A stretch of DNA of 64,000 nucleotides, taken from the IMG/VR virus record IMGVR_UViG_2695421015_000002; one strand, written 5' to 3'. Positions 1-10,337 of this stretch are shown here, piece by piece; positions within the stretch are counted from its first letter, which is position 1; each line of letters begins with the position of its first letter. The notes beneath the pieces are model-generated. The model was not told the origin of the DNA, did not search any database, and worked only from the letters and a program-made list of their open reading frames with translations. A program made the position numbers and the translations under genes. The DNA comes from a virus (lineage: Duplodnaviria; Caudoviricetes).

Positions 1-171
1 AAGCGCAGGCTGACCGGCGACTGGTTCGACGTTACGCCGGATTTCGCGGTGCAAGCCATACGCCTCGCCTCGGACAAGAGCGGTGTCCCCATCCTCTCGC
101 ATGGTGAGATGCTGGAGAAGGTGAGGGCAGTCAGGAAGAAGAAGATCGAGGACGCGATCCGGGCTTCCTGA
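1..171 (+). CDS. 3' end of a probable GIY-YIG/T5orf172-like phage protein (partial)
   Basis: Frame 1 open from the window edge: KRRLTGDWFDVT...IRAS*; R-x-x-G-[DE]-W-F is typical of the T5orf172/MUG113 C-terminus. Confidence 0.5.
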   Translation, partial: KRRLTGDWFDVTPDFAVQAIRLASDKSGVPILSHGEMLEKVRAVRKKKIEDAIRAS

Positions 172-188
172 TCGGAGCCGATATCTTG

Positions 189-267
189 ACCTCCGCTTTC
201 GGCGCATAGGGGACATGGCCGGACTTGCTGCTGGCCCGACCCGGTCGCGAATGACCCAACCAGACAT
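189..267. repeat. Palindromic intergenic element R1 (central + right unit)
   Basis: ACCTCCGCTTTCGGCGCATAGGGGACAT ... GTCGCGAATGACCCAACCAGACAT; related to copies at 8272, 13026 and 15396. Confidence 0.7.
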
Positions 268-301
268 TCATGTGCTAACCGGCCGTCTAGTGGGCAGATG
301 A

Positions 302-2011
302 TCAGGACGATCGAGGTGGAAGTGGCAACAAGTCAGAGGCCGTATCCTGCCCGGTGCCAACATCGCTGTCTTTCAACCGGTTCGGATGTAGCTCGCCCGC
401 AGCCTCAAGTGCGGGATATGCGACTGAGCAGATGTGCGAGTGGATACGTTTGAGATCGCGCAAAACATCGAGATGGAGGGAACTCGTCTCTATGCTTTCG
501 GGCCGCGCGTCACGCAGCCGGGCCAAATGGCTTTCCGCGTAGCCGAGTTCGGCGACACGCAGCTGAGTCTTTTCCGCGATCAGCGAGCGAGCGATACGCA
601 CGTCCTCGTTGATGAAAACACTAAAGGCAAGTTTCAGGTTCTCAATAATGCGCTGGTGAAACATCGCGAGTTCCGTCGCTCCCTCCTTCGAGAACTCGTA
701 TTTGTGCTTGATCTTCTTGCTGGCCAACTCCATCAAATTCTTGTCGATGATGTCGCCTATATGTTCGAGGTTGATGGCGAAAGCGATTATCTCCATGGCG
801 CGTTGGCCATCCCGATCATCAAGGCTTTCGCGAGTCACTTTGGTGACGTAGAGTTTTATCGCTTCGTCCAATCTATCGACGATGTTGTCCATGCGCGAGA
901 CTTCGGCCACGAGCTTGCGGTCGTTGCTCATCAGTGCCGTCATCGCCTGTCGCAGCATGCGCTCGACGACATCACCCATGTGCAGTGTCTCGCGGGCGGC
1001 GCAGGCTAGCGCCACGGACGGCATGTGGATCGCCGTCTCATCCAGGTAGAGGGGTGCGGATGGATCGGCCGCCTTTGGCGGGTCGGGCAGCAGCCGCGTC
1101 AACAGGGATGCAAGGCCGTCCAACAGGAAGACGAAGGCCAGCGCCAGGACCACGTTGAAGGCCATGTGGAAATCGGCGGCCATCCGGGCGCCATTGGGAT
1201 CAAGTCGCGCAAAGAGGTCTGCGATCGGCTGAATGAAGGGCAAGACAAACGCGACGCCGGCAGCGCGATTGATCAGGTTCCCGATCGGCAGGCGACGGCT
1301 TGCCGGGTTAGCAGAACTGCCACCTTCCAGCAGTGGATTGATCGCGCTGCCAAGATTAGCGCCGAGGACGAGCGCGAGGGCCGCGACCGGACTCACGAAC
1401 TGCGAATAGGCGAGCGACATGACGAGCAACACCACCGCAGCGCTGGAATGGGCCGCCCAGGTGAGCGCAGCGGCGATCAGGACGCACAAAACGGGCGCGC
1501 CTGTGATCGTGGCAAGAAGCGCTCGTACACCTGGAGCATTCTCGGCTGGGGCGAGCGTATCCAACAGAATATGGAGAGACAGCAGCATAAGGCCAAGGCC
1601 GATCGCCACGCGGCCTAGGTCGCGGGCCAGCCTGCGGCCGCCGAAGTTGAATGCCAACAGGCCCACCAAAAACAGGACGGGTGCGACCGCCGAGATGTCG
1701 AACGAGAGGGCTTGCACGATTAATGTTGTGCCGATGTTGGCGCCGAGCATGACGGCCAGAGCCGGGACAAGATCGATGAGGCCACGCGCAGCGAAGGACG
1801 TCATCAGCAGGCCGGTCGCCGTGCTGCTCTGTAGGAGCGCAGTAACGCCGATCCCGGCCAGCAGCGCCAGAAATCGGTTCCGCAGCGCCCTGCCCAGCAC
1901 CTGCCGCAATTCGGAGCCGAACGCGCGCATGATCCCGCTACGGACCATGTGCAGGCCCCACAGGAGCAAGGCAACACCGCCCATCAAGTCAAGAAGAACA
2001 ATGCTTCCCAT
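302..2011 (-). CDS. Na/Pi cotransporter family protein (YjbB-like) with C-terminal PhoU-like domains
   Basis: QSSTAT and HSSAA motifs, GANIGTT/GANLGS repeats, many TM helices, C-terminal LEHIGD and DLKRI segments. Confidence 0.92.
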   Translation of the reverse strand: MGSIVLLDLMGGVALLLWGLHMVRSGIMRAFGSELRQVLGRALRNRFLALLAGIGVTALLQSSTATGLLMTSFAARGLIDLVPALAVMLGANIGTTLIVQALSFDISAVAPVLFLVGLLAFNFGGRRLARDLGRVAIGLGLMLLSLHILLDTLAPAENAPGVRALLATITGAPVLCVLIAAALTWAAHSSAAVVLLVMSLAYSQFVSPVAALALVLGANLGSAINPLLEGGSSANPASRRLPIGNLINRAAGVAFVLPFIQPIADLFARLDPNGARMAADFHMAFNVVLALAFVFLLDGLASLLTRLLPDPPKAADPSAPLYLDETAIHMPSVALACAARETLHMGDVVERMLRQAMTALMSNDRKLVAEVSRMDNIVDRLDEAIKLYVTKVTRESLDDRDGQRAMEIIAFAINLEHIGDIIDKNLMELASKKIKHKYEFSKEGATELAMFHQRIIENLKLAFSVFINEDVRIARSLIAEKTQLRVAELGYAESHLARLRDARPESIETSSLHLDVLRDLKRIHSHICSVAYPALEAAGELHPNRLKDSDVGTGQDTASDLLPLPPRSS

Positions 2012-2399
2012 TGAGCTGCACGCCTCGTGTCGATGCAGGTGCCGGCCCTTTGGTAAATAGCGCCGTTAGATGGTCAGTTCCAGTGCTGAATTTCGCGGTG
2101 GCCTGTTTTGAACTTGGGTTCGGAACCGTGCCGCTCTCGCTATTCGGCCAAGAGAATTTGTGCTAGATTTCCGATTGTGCGGCCCCTGGTCGCGCGTCCT
2201 ACTATGACAAATGACTTAGCCCTGCCCGGCGCGATTATCCCCCGACACCGAGCGGGGCTTTTTATTGGCCGCCTCACTTGGCGGCCTCTTTCATTCGGTC
2301 TTCAGAAACGCCTTCATAGCGGTAATCCGCTTGATCTGTCCGCTTCCTCTTGGCGCGTCAGAATAAACGTTCCCCAAATGCGTTCCGGCTAGTATCAGA

Positions 2400-2709
2400 C
2401 GAGCCGGATCAATACGTTTCGACCAGCTACGTTGAGCGGGGCGCCGGTTCACTCGCCTGACGAACGGCATTCTCAAAGAAGCTAGACAACCACGTCTCGG
2501 CGGTCCCGCTATACGTTGCCCACTACAACTTCTGCAGCGTTCATGAGGCCCAGTGGACGACGCCTGAGAGGGCGCTCAGTGTTGCCGCCCGCGCCTGGAC
2601 AGTTGCGCAGCTTGTGGACGCGGCGCTTGCCGATGCGCCAGCGCTGCCAACTGAAACGCCGCCTGATCGCCGCCGCAAGTTCACGGTAATTCATGGAGGA
2701 AAGCTCTAA
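2400..2709 (+). pseudogene. IS1-family transposase C-terminal remnant (frameshifted)
   Basis: Pieces translate as STSYVER, RRFTRLTNG and FSKKLDNHVSAVPLYVAHYNFC...WTVAQLVDAAL, split over frames. Confidence 0.75.
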
Positions 2710-3144
2710 AAAACACAACCGCAGAGAAAGTGCCGGAGAGGCCCTATTGTGGTGTGGGTTCGCAATCCGCCGACGTCATTAAATTCCGTTTTAGAAGCAC
2801 TTCGGTTGTGATGCTCGTTTCGGACTTGGCGTTTGGGTCGCCCTTTAATATATCCCGGATGCACATGCATTAGGTGACCAATGGTGAAAGAATCCAAATT
2901 CTTCCGGAAGCAGGCCGACAAGGCCGAGCGCATGGCGCGGGCTGTCTCAGACGCCGAAATTGCCGAACGCTTCCTAAACATGGCGAGGGCTTATCGCGGT
3001 CAGGCGGATGTGCTGAAGGCTAAGAAAAAAGTCCGGCAAAAAGCTATGATGCTGACAGCAAGCGTCCGCCAGTCAGATAAGGCCCATTTATGGCCTCAAG
3101 GAGAAAGTACAAATGACCCTGTCTTGGGGCGGGGCGTTACAGCA

Positions 3145-3528
3145 ATGGCAAAGTCATCAAAGCTTGTTGCGACAAAGCGCGGGCGGGTCTTGTTGGTGAG
3201 AAGAAGGCGGGACCGGTTATGGATGTTCCCGGGCGGGCGCAGGCGCGGGCGAGAAACGGAAAAAGATTGCCTGCGCAGGGAAATCCGGGAGGAGCTTCCA
3301 AAGCTCAAACTGGGGCGGTTGAAGCTCTGGAAAGAGGTCAAGTCCAAGAACCCCAGATCAGGACGGAAGATGAACGATGCTATATTCATCGCTAATAAAG
3401 CCTCCGGTCATCTCGCGATCGGTGACAAGAAGGAAATAGACAAGGCGACGTGGCGCAAACCGCGGGGCATCCGGTTAACACCGACCTCTCGTTACATCCG
3501 CGACAAGCTGTTCCCCAAGCGAGGCTAA
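3145..3528 (+). CDS. NUDIX hydrolase (the ORF track fuses it to an upstream small protein starting at 2881)
   Basis: WMFPGG-x5-E-x7-REIREE Nudix box. Confidence 0.8.
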   Translation: MAKSSKLVATKRGRVLLVRRRRDRLWMFPGGRRRGRETEKDCLRREIREELPKLKLGRLKLWKEVKSKNPRSGRKMNDAIFIANKASGHLAIGDKKEIDKATWRKPRGIRLTPTSRYIRDKLFPKRG

Positions 3529-3905
3529 CTATTTTCGGGTTTGGCCCATCACGTCATTTCGCTGCGCTGCGGAATTGATCGCTATCGGGGCATAGCGGAT
3601 GATCAGTGTCCATGTCAGGCGGCCTTATCGTTGTCGTTGTTGGGCTTGCGGAGCCCATCGAGGCGGACCGCGAGAACGTGGATGTTGAGCGTCACCTGCT
3701 CCTTGCAGGTGAAGCCGGCCCGGTCCCGGTGGGTGTGCTTAAAGCTGATCTGATCGACCACCACCGTCGTGAACGGCAGGCGGTGGCGAGGCGGAACGCC
3801 AATGGCGAACATGTTCTTCTCCAGGTTATCTGCCCAGCATGTGCAGCAGGGTCAGGGCAAATGGGATGGTTGCGAGCAAGAGGACGCCGCATGCCCTCTG
3901 GCTGA

Positions 3906-4178
3906 TCATGCGAACCCGACCGTCTGACCACCGCGGATTAGGACGGCGACGAAGCCGAAGTCCCAGGAGCGATCATCATTGCGCTTGCGGCTTGGCTTCA
4001 CGCGGAAGCCATCAGCTCGCTTCTCGATGATGGCTTTGTTTCCGGCCTTCTCGGCCGCACTCGGAGACACGTAGAGGCGATCGGCATCCATGGCCGTTCT
4101 CCAGATCAGGAATGTTTGAGGGGGTGGTTCAGTTTGGGCGGGCGATCCCTTGAGCCCTTTTGCGAGCCCGTCGTTCAC
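3906..4178 (-). CDS. Phage hypothetical protein
   Basis: Last of a packed - strand series of small ORFs. Confidence 0.5.
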   Translation of the reverse strand: MNDGLAKGLKGSPAQTEPPPQTFLIWRTAMDADRLYVSPSAAEKAGNKAIIEKRADGFRVKPSRKRNDDRSWDFGFVAVLIRGGQTVGFA

Positions 4179-4278
4179 GCCTGCTCTTGTTCAGCTTTTC
4201 GCCGTACAGCTCGCGCTTCCGTTACGCATTGTACGTCTTCAGGTCGGTGGTGTAGACGATCACCGAAGGGTGCGGCAT

Positions 4279-4452
4279 CACACCGGCTCTTCGTCTTTGG
4301 TGTCCACCATGATCGTGAAGCGCTGCGAGACGATCCCGGACTTCTGGACTGCCTCAAAGCTGTTGGTCTTCGCGTTATCGATGGTGAAGGCCTTCTCCGT
4401 GAGGGCTTGCGCCAGCAGCTGGGCTAGGTCGCGGGTGGAGTAGAGTCGCATT
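4279..4452 (-). CDS. Small phage hypothetical protein (57 aa, MRLYSTRDLAQ...), below the ORF-track cutoff
   Basis: GAGGAGG SD before the ATG; fills the gap in the operon. Confidence 0.55.
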
Positions 4453-4657
4453 GAGCCTCCTCAAGACGGGCGTGGTGATCGTTGATGCGGGTCAGCGCCA
4501 GGTCGAGCTGGTTCATTAGCTTCCTGGCCTGGATAGGATACATGATCCCGCTGAAGCGGGTGCCACCGCCTGGACCGTAGATCGTGACGGACACGCAATC
4601 GTTCTCGCCATCATCCACGCTCCAGGGCGAGCAGAAGCCGGTCACTACTTCACGCAT
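4424..4657 (-). CDS. Phage hypothetical protein
   Basis: Overlaps its neighbours in a coupled operon. Confidence 0.6.
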   Translation of the reverse strand: MREVVTGFCSPWSVDDGENDCVSVTIYGPGGGTRFSGIMYPIQARKLMNQLDLALTRINDHHARLEEAQCDSTPPAT

Positions 4658-4871
4658 TGGTCGTCCCCAGATTGAATTTCGCCAGCCAGCGGGGGCCTAG
4701 ATCATTGCGGAGCCGATGCAGCTCCGGGTGCTCTCGGCCTTGCTGATCGACCCAAATCCTTGCGTTCATCCAATAGTCCAACGCCAGCTTGTCCTTCCAC
4801 GTTCGGCCGAAGTGCTGAGCGAAGGCCTTCAGTCCTTCGATCTCCTCGTTGGTAAGGTCACGCTGCTTCAT
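4650..4871 (-). CDS. Phage hypothetical protein
   Basis: Coupled operon; protein-like composition (GRTWKDKL...LRNDLGPRWL). Confidence 0.7.
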   Translation of the reverse strand: MKQRDLTNEEIEGLKAFAQHFGRTWKDKLALDYWMNARIWVDQQGREHPELHRLRNDLGPRWLAKFNLGTTNA

Positions 4872-4900
4872 TTGACTTGCTCACTTTCATGCGTTCCATG

Positions 4901-5545
4901 TCAGCCTTCCTGTTCGATCAGGGTGGTATTGAACTCGGCATCGTGGCTGCCTTCGACCTCGGACCAGTCGTCGATCAGCATCTCAAGTAGCCGGGCGAGA
5001 GCAGGGGGTACCGCTGCAAAGCAGGGGTAGGAGTTCTCGGATTGAGCGCCTGCCAGCCGCAATAGCCAGGCATTGAGCCGGACCCGGGCTGCGGTGACGA
5101 TGCCTTCCTCGCTCATTTCCTCGTCAGACGGATGCTCGTCGATCCATTCGATCAGGTCCGACAGCTCTTCATCGCTGTGGACTACAAGCAACCACGCCTT
5201 GTTCTCTAAGCCTTTCAGGCGTTCGATTTCGGCGAGCGCGGCGGCTTCCGACTTGGACGGATCGTCGTCAGGCGTGTATTCTCCCCTGGCTTCTGCGATC
5301 AGGCAGCCGATCTCATCGAAATGGGGAATGAGGTAGCGGGCTTCCTTCTCGGAATCCATGATCGTGTGGATGCTATCCAGCATCGACACCAGCTTGTCGC
5401 AGACGGCGTCGCGCTTCTGCAGGCGCCATATCTCGCTGCACGCCAGATCTGCCTGATGTTCCGTATTATCCCGGTGTTCTTCCGGAACGGTGATGCCGAG
5501 CGCATTGAGAATGTTGTCGGTGAAGTCGACACAGGAATAGGTCAT
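4901..5545 (-). CDS. Acidic phage hypothetical protein
   Basis: GGAGGA SD; start overlaps the upstream stop. Confidence 0.7.
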   Translation of the reverse strand: MTYSCVDFTDNILNALGITVPEEHRDNTEHQADLACSEIWRLQKRDAVCDKLVSMLDSIHTIMDSEKEARYLIPHFDEIGCLIAEARGEYTPDDDPSKSEAAALAEIERLKGLENKAWLLVVHSDEELSDLIEWIDEHPSDEEMSEEGIVTAARVRLNAWLLRLAGAQSENSYPCFAAVPPALARLLEMLIDDWSEVEGSHDAEFNTTLIEQEG

Positions 5546-5817
5546 CACGTCCTCCGGTAGGGTTGATCCAGCCATAACCCGAGCGGGAAAAAATGCCGGA
5601 CGACAAAGCAATGCTTCTCCCGCTTCCCGACGAAGCCTTCGCCAGGAAACAGCGTGTTGTCGTACCACTCGCGATCAGTGCGATGGGTGGGAGCGTAGTG
5701 GCGCGTCCCCGTGCCGCCCTGGTCACAAGGACGAAGCCTTGCCCAGGACGGCACATGTTCCATGGTGAAGCGGTGCGGGTACTGCGCCTTCGCTTGCTCG
5801 AAGGAGATGATGCGCAT
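5545..5817 (-). CDS. Phage hypothetical protein
   Basis: Start and stop overlap neighbours; YPHRFTMEHVP...EWYDNT. Confidence 0.7.
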   Translation of the reverse strand: MRIISFEQAKAQYPHRFTMEHVPSWARLRPCDQGGTGTRHYAPTHRTDREWYDNTLFPGEGFVGKREKHCFVVRHFFPLGLWLDQPYRRT

Positions 5818-6446
5818 CAGTAGCCTCGATTCCACACATCGACGGGGGTCAGGTCGTACTTCTCGCCGAGCCACTTCACGAAATCGGCCGGCGTTTCACC
5901 CAGCTCGAAGGACTGACGCATCCGCTCACCGCCATCGTCGGTGACCAGACCCTCATAGGCCCACTGCTTTCGGGCCTCGCCCTTGCAATCGTCCTCGAAG
6001 CGCATCCAGGCGAACTGCTGCGCTACCAGCTGGGCGGCGCTGTGCGCGTCAATCAGCCCACCGCCGGTGTAGATGTAATCGCAGCGATACATCGATGCCT
6101 TGCCCTCTTTGCACACTGCATGCTTGAGCATGGCCGGGATCACTTCCCAGTCGTATGACCAGTAACTGAAGAAGTCTTCGTCACGCTTCGTCAGGATGTC
6201 GTAGATCTCCAGGCACCATCGGCCGAGGACGATCGATTGCGACCGCATCTCGCCGGAACCGCAGGTCTCGCGCATGTCGATCCATTCGAGCCGGATCGCC
6301 GCATGGGAGTGCGGGACAGCGTTCTTCCGCATCTTCTTGACGTCCTTCTCGGTGCCGAGTGTCCACTCATTGAGACATTCCCAGACGCAGAGCGCCGCCT
6401 CGACTTCGAGCGCGGTGTATTCCTTCTTAGCCGTGGTCTTGGCCAT
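5817..6446 (-). CDS. Phage hypothetical protein
   Basis: 209-aa ORF with AGGA SD and GC3-biased codons. Confidence 0.75.
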   Translation of the reverse strand: MAKTTAKKEYTALEVEAALCVWECLNEWTLGTEKDVKKMRKNAVPHSHAAIRLEWIDMRETCGSGEMRSQSIVLGRWCLEIYDILTKRDEDFFSYWSYDWEVIPAMLKHAVCKEGKASMYRCDYIYTGGGLIDAHSAAQLVAQQFAWMRFEDDCKGEARKQWAYEGLVTDDGGERMRQSFELGETPADFVKWLGEKYDLTPVDVWNRGY

Positions 6447-7288
6447 TGTTGTCTTCCTGCTTGGTGTTGCGACGAAACCGGCGGCGCATCATCGCGCTGA
6501 CGCGGCTTTTGGCGCGCTTCGAGCGGTTGTTGCTGTAGGTTTCGGAGGGATATTCATCGTGGCCGGGACAGCAGCCATATTGCTTGCGGTCTCGACCGTA
6601 ACCCTCTCAGTGTCCGCATGTGCGGCGTCCCGAATGACGCAAGGCAGGCGCTACACTGAGAGGGGTGATTTGTTGGTGGGCGAGGCGTGCTTCACCGGCT
6701 TTCGCCTCCACCGTGTCTCGCTGTCGCTACCACCATCGCGACCTCATCCGAGGTCCGGGCCTGTTTTCACCGGGAGCGCCCGGCTTCACTTCATAGGGGC
6801 GGCACCCCTACTAGCCCGGCGCGACCCGGGCTCGTCTCGCAAATGGCCCTAGCAGATTGTTCGTGCGCTGCTGGCCGCACTCTGCGTCCGGTCGCTCGCG
6901 GTTTCACCGGTCAGTCGAATTGGATGGCCGGATAGCGCCGGCCTCGCCACCGCGTTTGTGTCGCGGCAACTATGAGCTTCCGGATTTCTCCCCGGTCGCA
7001 AACTTCCCTACGTCATGTCATGGTGGCCATCATCGCCAGGCGTGGACCAACACCTATGTGGCTAGGCCGGTTTGAGGTGCAGAGCAGGTAACACTGCTCG
7101 CGTGGTCCTGCGGGTTTCCCCAGCCTTTGAGTGCAGACCGCTTCTACTGCACTCCGGGGCCTCGTTACGCCGCCTCCTTGTTCTTGGAGGCGAGCGCGGC
7201 ACGGCGTCGCAGCATTCGCACCTGAGTGCGACTGCCGTCGAGACGTGTTACTCTTTGCCAGTCGTCCTCAAGCCTTGATGAGGATCGA

Positions 7289-8263
7289 ATGGACCGGCGG
7301 GATTTGATAGCGGGTACTGCGGCACTGCTTGTTTCGCCACGGCGTTCGTGGGCACAGGGGCCGCCTCGCCGGGTTGGCTATCTTGATACCGCGCCCCTGT
7401 ACTTGCCAAACTACAAGGTGTGGCAGGACAGTATGCGCAATCATGGCTGGATCGAAGGGAAGAACCTGATCGTTGATTACCGGTCAGCCGAGGGGCACGC
7501 CGAGCGCGTAGTGCCTTTAGCGAACGAGCTTGTCGCGCTCAAGCCCGACGTGCTCGTTGGCCCGAGCTCGCAGGAAGCCCTAGCCCTGAAATCGGCAACT
7601 GCCAGCATTCCGATTGTTTTCTTTGCTGTGGGCCACCCCGTGCGGCATGGCCTCGTCCAAAGCCTGCCGCGTCCCGGCGGCAACGTAACGGGTCTGTCAA
7701 CCATCGTACCGGGAAATTTCGTCAGCAAATGGATACAAATCCTGCGGGAGACGGTTCCTGCCGCCTCAAAAATTGCGGTCGTGGTCAACCCGCACAATGC
7801 AGATCACAGGTTGGACGTAACCGAGGAGTTGCCCGAAATTGCCCGGAAGCTGGGCGTGACTTTCCAAGTACTGGAGGCGACCACGGTGGAGGAACTCGAC
7901 ATTGCCTTTGCCTCGGCCGCAGCCCAGCACGCCGATGCAATTCTTCCTATTGGCGATGCATTGACCGTTAATCACGTCACACGAGTTACCGCGCTGGCGG
8001 CGGAGCATCGTCTGCCCGCGGTCTACGGCTTCCGACTGTTCACCACCAATGGCGGTTTGGTTTCATACGGTGCCGATATAACCGATCTGCTCCGCCGTGC
8101 AGGCGACTACGTCGATAAAATTCTCAAAGGCACCAAGCCTGCCGATCTGCCAGTCGAGCAGCCGACCAAGTTCGATCTGGTGATCAACCTCAAGGCCGCA
8201 AAGGCGCTTGGCCTCGAAATACCTGCCTCATTGCTCGCCCGCGCCGACGAGGTGATCGAATAA
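7289..8263 (+). CDS. ABC transporter substrate-binding protein (ABC_sub_bind family), orphan
   Basis: Twin-Arg-like N-terminus DRRDLI; SLPRPGGNVTG, GGLVSYG and PADLPVEQPTKFDLVINLKAAKALGL motifs. Confidence 0.92.
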   Translation: MDRRDLIAGTAALLVSPRRSWAQGPPRRVGYLDTAPLYLPNYKVWQDSMRNHGWIEGKNLIVDYRSAEGHAERVVPLANELVALKPDVLVGPSSQEALALKSATASIPIVFFAVGHPVRHGLVQSLPRPGGNVTGLSTIVPGNFVSKWIQILRETVPAASKIAVVVNPHNADHRLDVTEELPEIARKLGVTFQVLEATTVEELDIAFASAAAQHADAILPIGDALTVNHVTRVTALAAEHRLPAVYGFRLFTTNGGLVSYGADITDLLRRAGDYVDKILKGTKPADLPVEQPTKFDLVINLKAAKALGLEIPASLLARADEVIE

Positions 8264-8271
8264 GGTGGCCT

Positions 8272-8390
8272 ACTTCCGCTGTTGGCACTTTTCCGACATG
8301 CCGGAGCGGTCTGACTATGTCCGTTCCTCGGGGCAGACCGGAAGTGGCCGAACCACGGTCGAAAACGACGCGATTGACCCCAAAGCGGGG
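8272..8390. repeat. Palindromic intergenic element R2 (left + central + right units)
   Basis: ACTTCCGCTGTTGGCACTTTTCCGACAT-17nt-ATGTCCGTTCCTCGGGGCAGACCGGAAGT ... GACGCGATTGACCCCAAAGCGG. Confidence 0.75.
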
Positions 8391-8409
8391 CTTCGCCATT
8401 CGCGTTAAT

Positions 8410-8631
8410 TTACGCGGCGCGTTCCTTGTCTGACTGTTCCTCGACGGTGGTCGCGGTTTCTTCCAACCCCTTTTCGTAATTGCCCGCGAACCTCTCGATA
8501 CTGTCGGCCCACATCCTCAGCATTGAGACTTGAAAGTGCATAATTGGCTTCAAGGCATTCATGCCGATTGCTGTCGCTGCGGTGATGCGCTCTTGGGGGT
8601 CGCGCGCGAAACGGTTTGCGTTGTCTGCCAT
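8410..8631 (-). CDS. Small helical hypothetical protein
   Basis: GAGGGAG SD; 73 aa ending in AA. Confidence 0.65.
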   Translation of the reverse strand: MADNANRFARDPQERITAATAIGMNALKPIMHFQVSMLRMWADSIERFAGNYEKGLEETATTVEEQSDKERAA

Positions 8632-10337
8632 GCTGTTTGCTCCCTCGCTCTGGTGTTACGGCCTAAAGCTAAGTGCCGGGTTGTACACTGCGTGAATCTA
8701 GACACCGGGCCAAAGCTTGATCTGCCGCGAGTCTCGCACCTCGGTCGTCATGCAATTCGTCCAGTTTTTTCAAATAATGGAGCACCAGCGGGTCAGGTGC
8801 AGCGTTTATGAAGCACGAGTGGCTTCGCTCGCCGCAGCCTGATGGGTCCCAAAACAGGGTGGGGTCTTTTGGAAGGCCAGGGGTCATTTCTTTCGCCGCG
8901 TCCGGAATTGGTGTCCTGATCATCACGAACGTTTCAAGTCGCGTGATGACAATCGTCAGAGTCACGTCACATTCATGTGGTGGTCATAAGAGGTTCGGCT
9001 GGGCAGACGTTGGTGAAAATCAATGTATTCGGACAGTCAATTTGTAGCATTGGAAATAATGTGCCGTGAGCGGGCTACGCTCACCAAAAAGGAAATGGAA
9101 CACTGGCAGGCAGAAACGGAATACTGGCTGGCGGAAGCAGAGGAATGGAGGCGATTCCGGGAATCAAAAGAAGTTCAGTGTCTAGAGGCGTAGGCTGCGG
9201 CCAGTCACGCGGCCCGGCAAGATGGTAATTTGTCGGCGCGAAGCGCTCGCTACTCACGGCCGGCGCCGCGCTCCCCAATTGGTCGTAACCAGGAGCGCGC
9301 GGTACGCCGGGTCTGTGGCGTACTGGATAGCAAGATGCTTCCCGTGAAATCACTTTCCGTTCCCGGAACGTCCTTTGGCCTCCGCCGACGGTCAGTTTTG
9401 GTTCGCTACGGAAAGAAATGATCCAGACGATGCCCGCGGCGCTCATGGCGAGGACAATGTAACCCCGCTGCCTGCACAAACCAAAATTGCCGGTCTCTCG
9501 TCATCCCGTAAAGGCCGGCACATTCAGTTTGGCGTGCCGCTCGGCGAGGTCGATGTCGTTGAACTGGTTAACACCGGAGCGGGACTGGATGACGATATTC
9601 TTCATGGGACACTCGTTTGCAGGCTGTTTGCACGAAGGCGAAAGATAATGCAAGAGCAAACTTTCGCCGCAAATCTGTGAGAGAAAAGGGGCTTCCGGAA
9701 ATTCCGGGGAAAATCCCAAATAAATCCGTTTGGGCCCCGAATTTCTCCCGCTCAGGCCTATTTTCCGAAGGCCGTCCGCAGGACCTCGAAGGCCTCCCGA
9801 ACGAGGGCCGAGGGGATACCACAGGACCCCAAGATCATAGCCGCGCCGGCAAGGGCGTGAGACTGATCAGGGGTAGGGGACGGGATCATTGAGCACTCGC
9901 GATAGAGTGCGTTGAGCAGTTCGAGCATCCGTTCCTCCGTTGCGTTGATTGCGAAGAAACCTCTTGAAAATCAGCACAAGTGAACGGGCCGCGGAATCGC
10001 GGGCCGCCGGACAAGCACACTCTCAAGAGGGAGAAGACAGGTAAGGCTAAGGAAGAGCTGAACTGGCCGGTGAACTGGTCACAGGGGTCAGCTACGCTTG
10101 CCTTGAGCTGGTAGTTTTCACGCAGACACAGCTGGAATTGCCTCGAAAACGCAGGCAACACCGGATATGTCGTCGTTCGCTTCTTTCGTCTCCCTTAAAA
10201 GACAAATTGCGATTTTCACTCGCCAGAGCACGAATTTGCACCCCAAAACCACTAAATCTAGTGCAAATCAGGTGCAAATCGGTACTCAGGTATGCAAATC
10301 GACGGGTTTGTATCGCCCGTCGATCTACATTTTGTGT

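Noticed and set aside
2881-3144. Genuine fusion of a small helical protein to NUDIX
   Set aside because: The linker looks like read-through intergenic sequence; probably two genes with a lost stop.
8650-9880. ORFs in this interval
   Set aside because: Overlapping short frames without motifs or codon bias; probably decayed cargo.
10255-10290. Sigma54 promoter (TTGCAC-N5-TTGCA on the - strand)
   Set aside because: Lacks the invariant GG at -24; better explained as TGCAAA half-sites.
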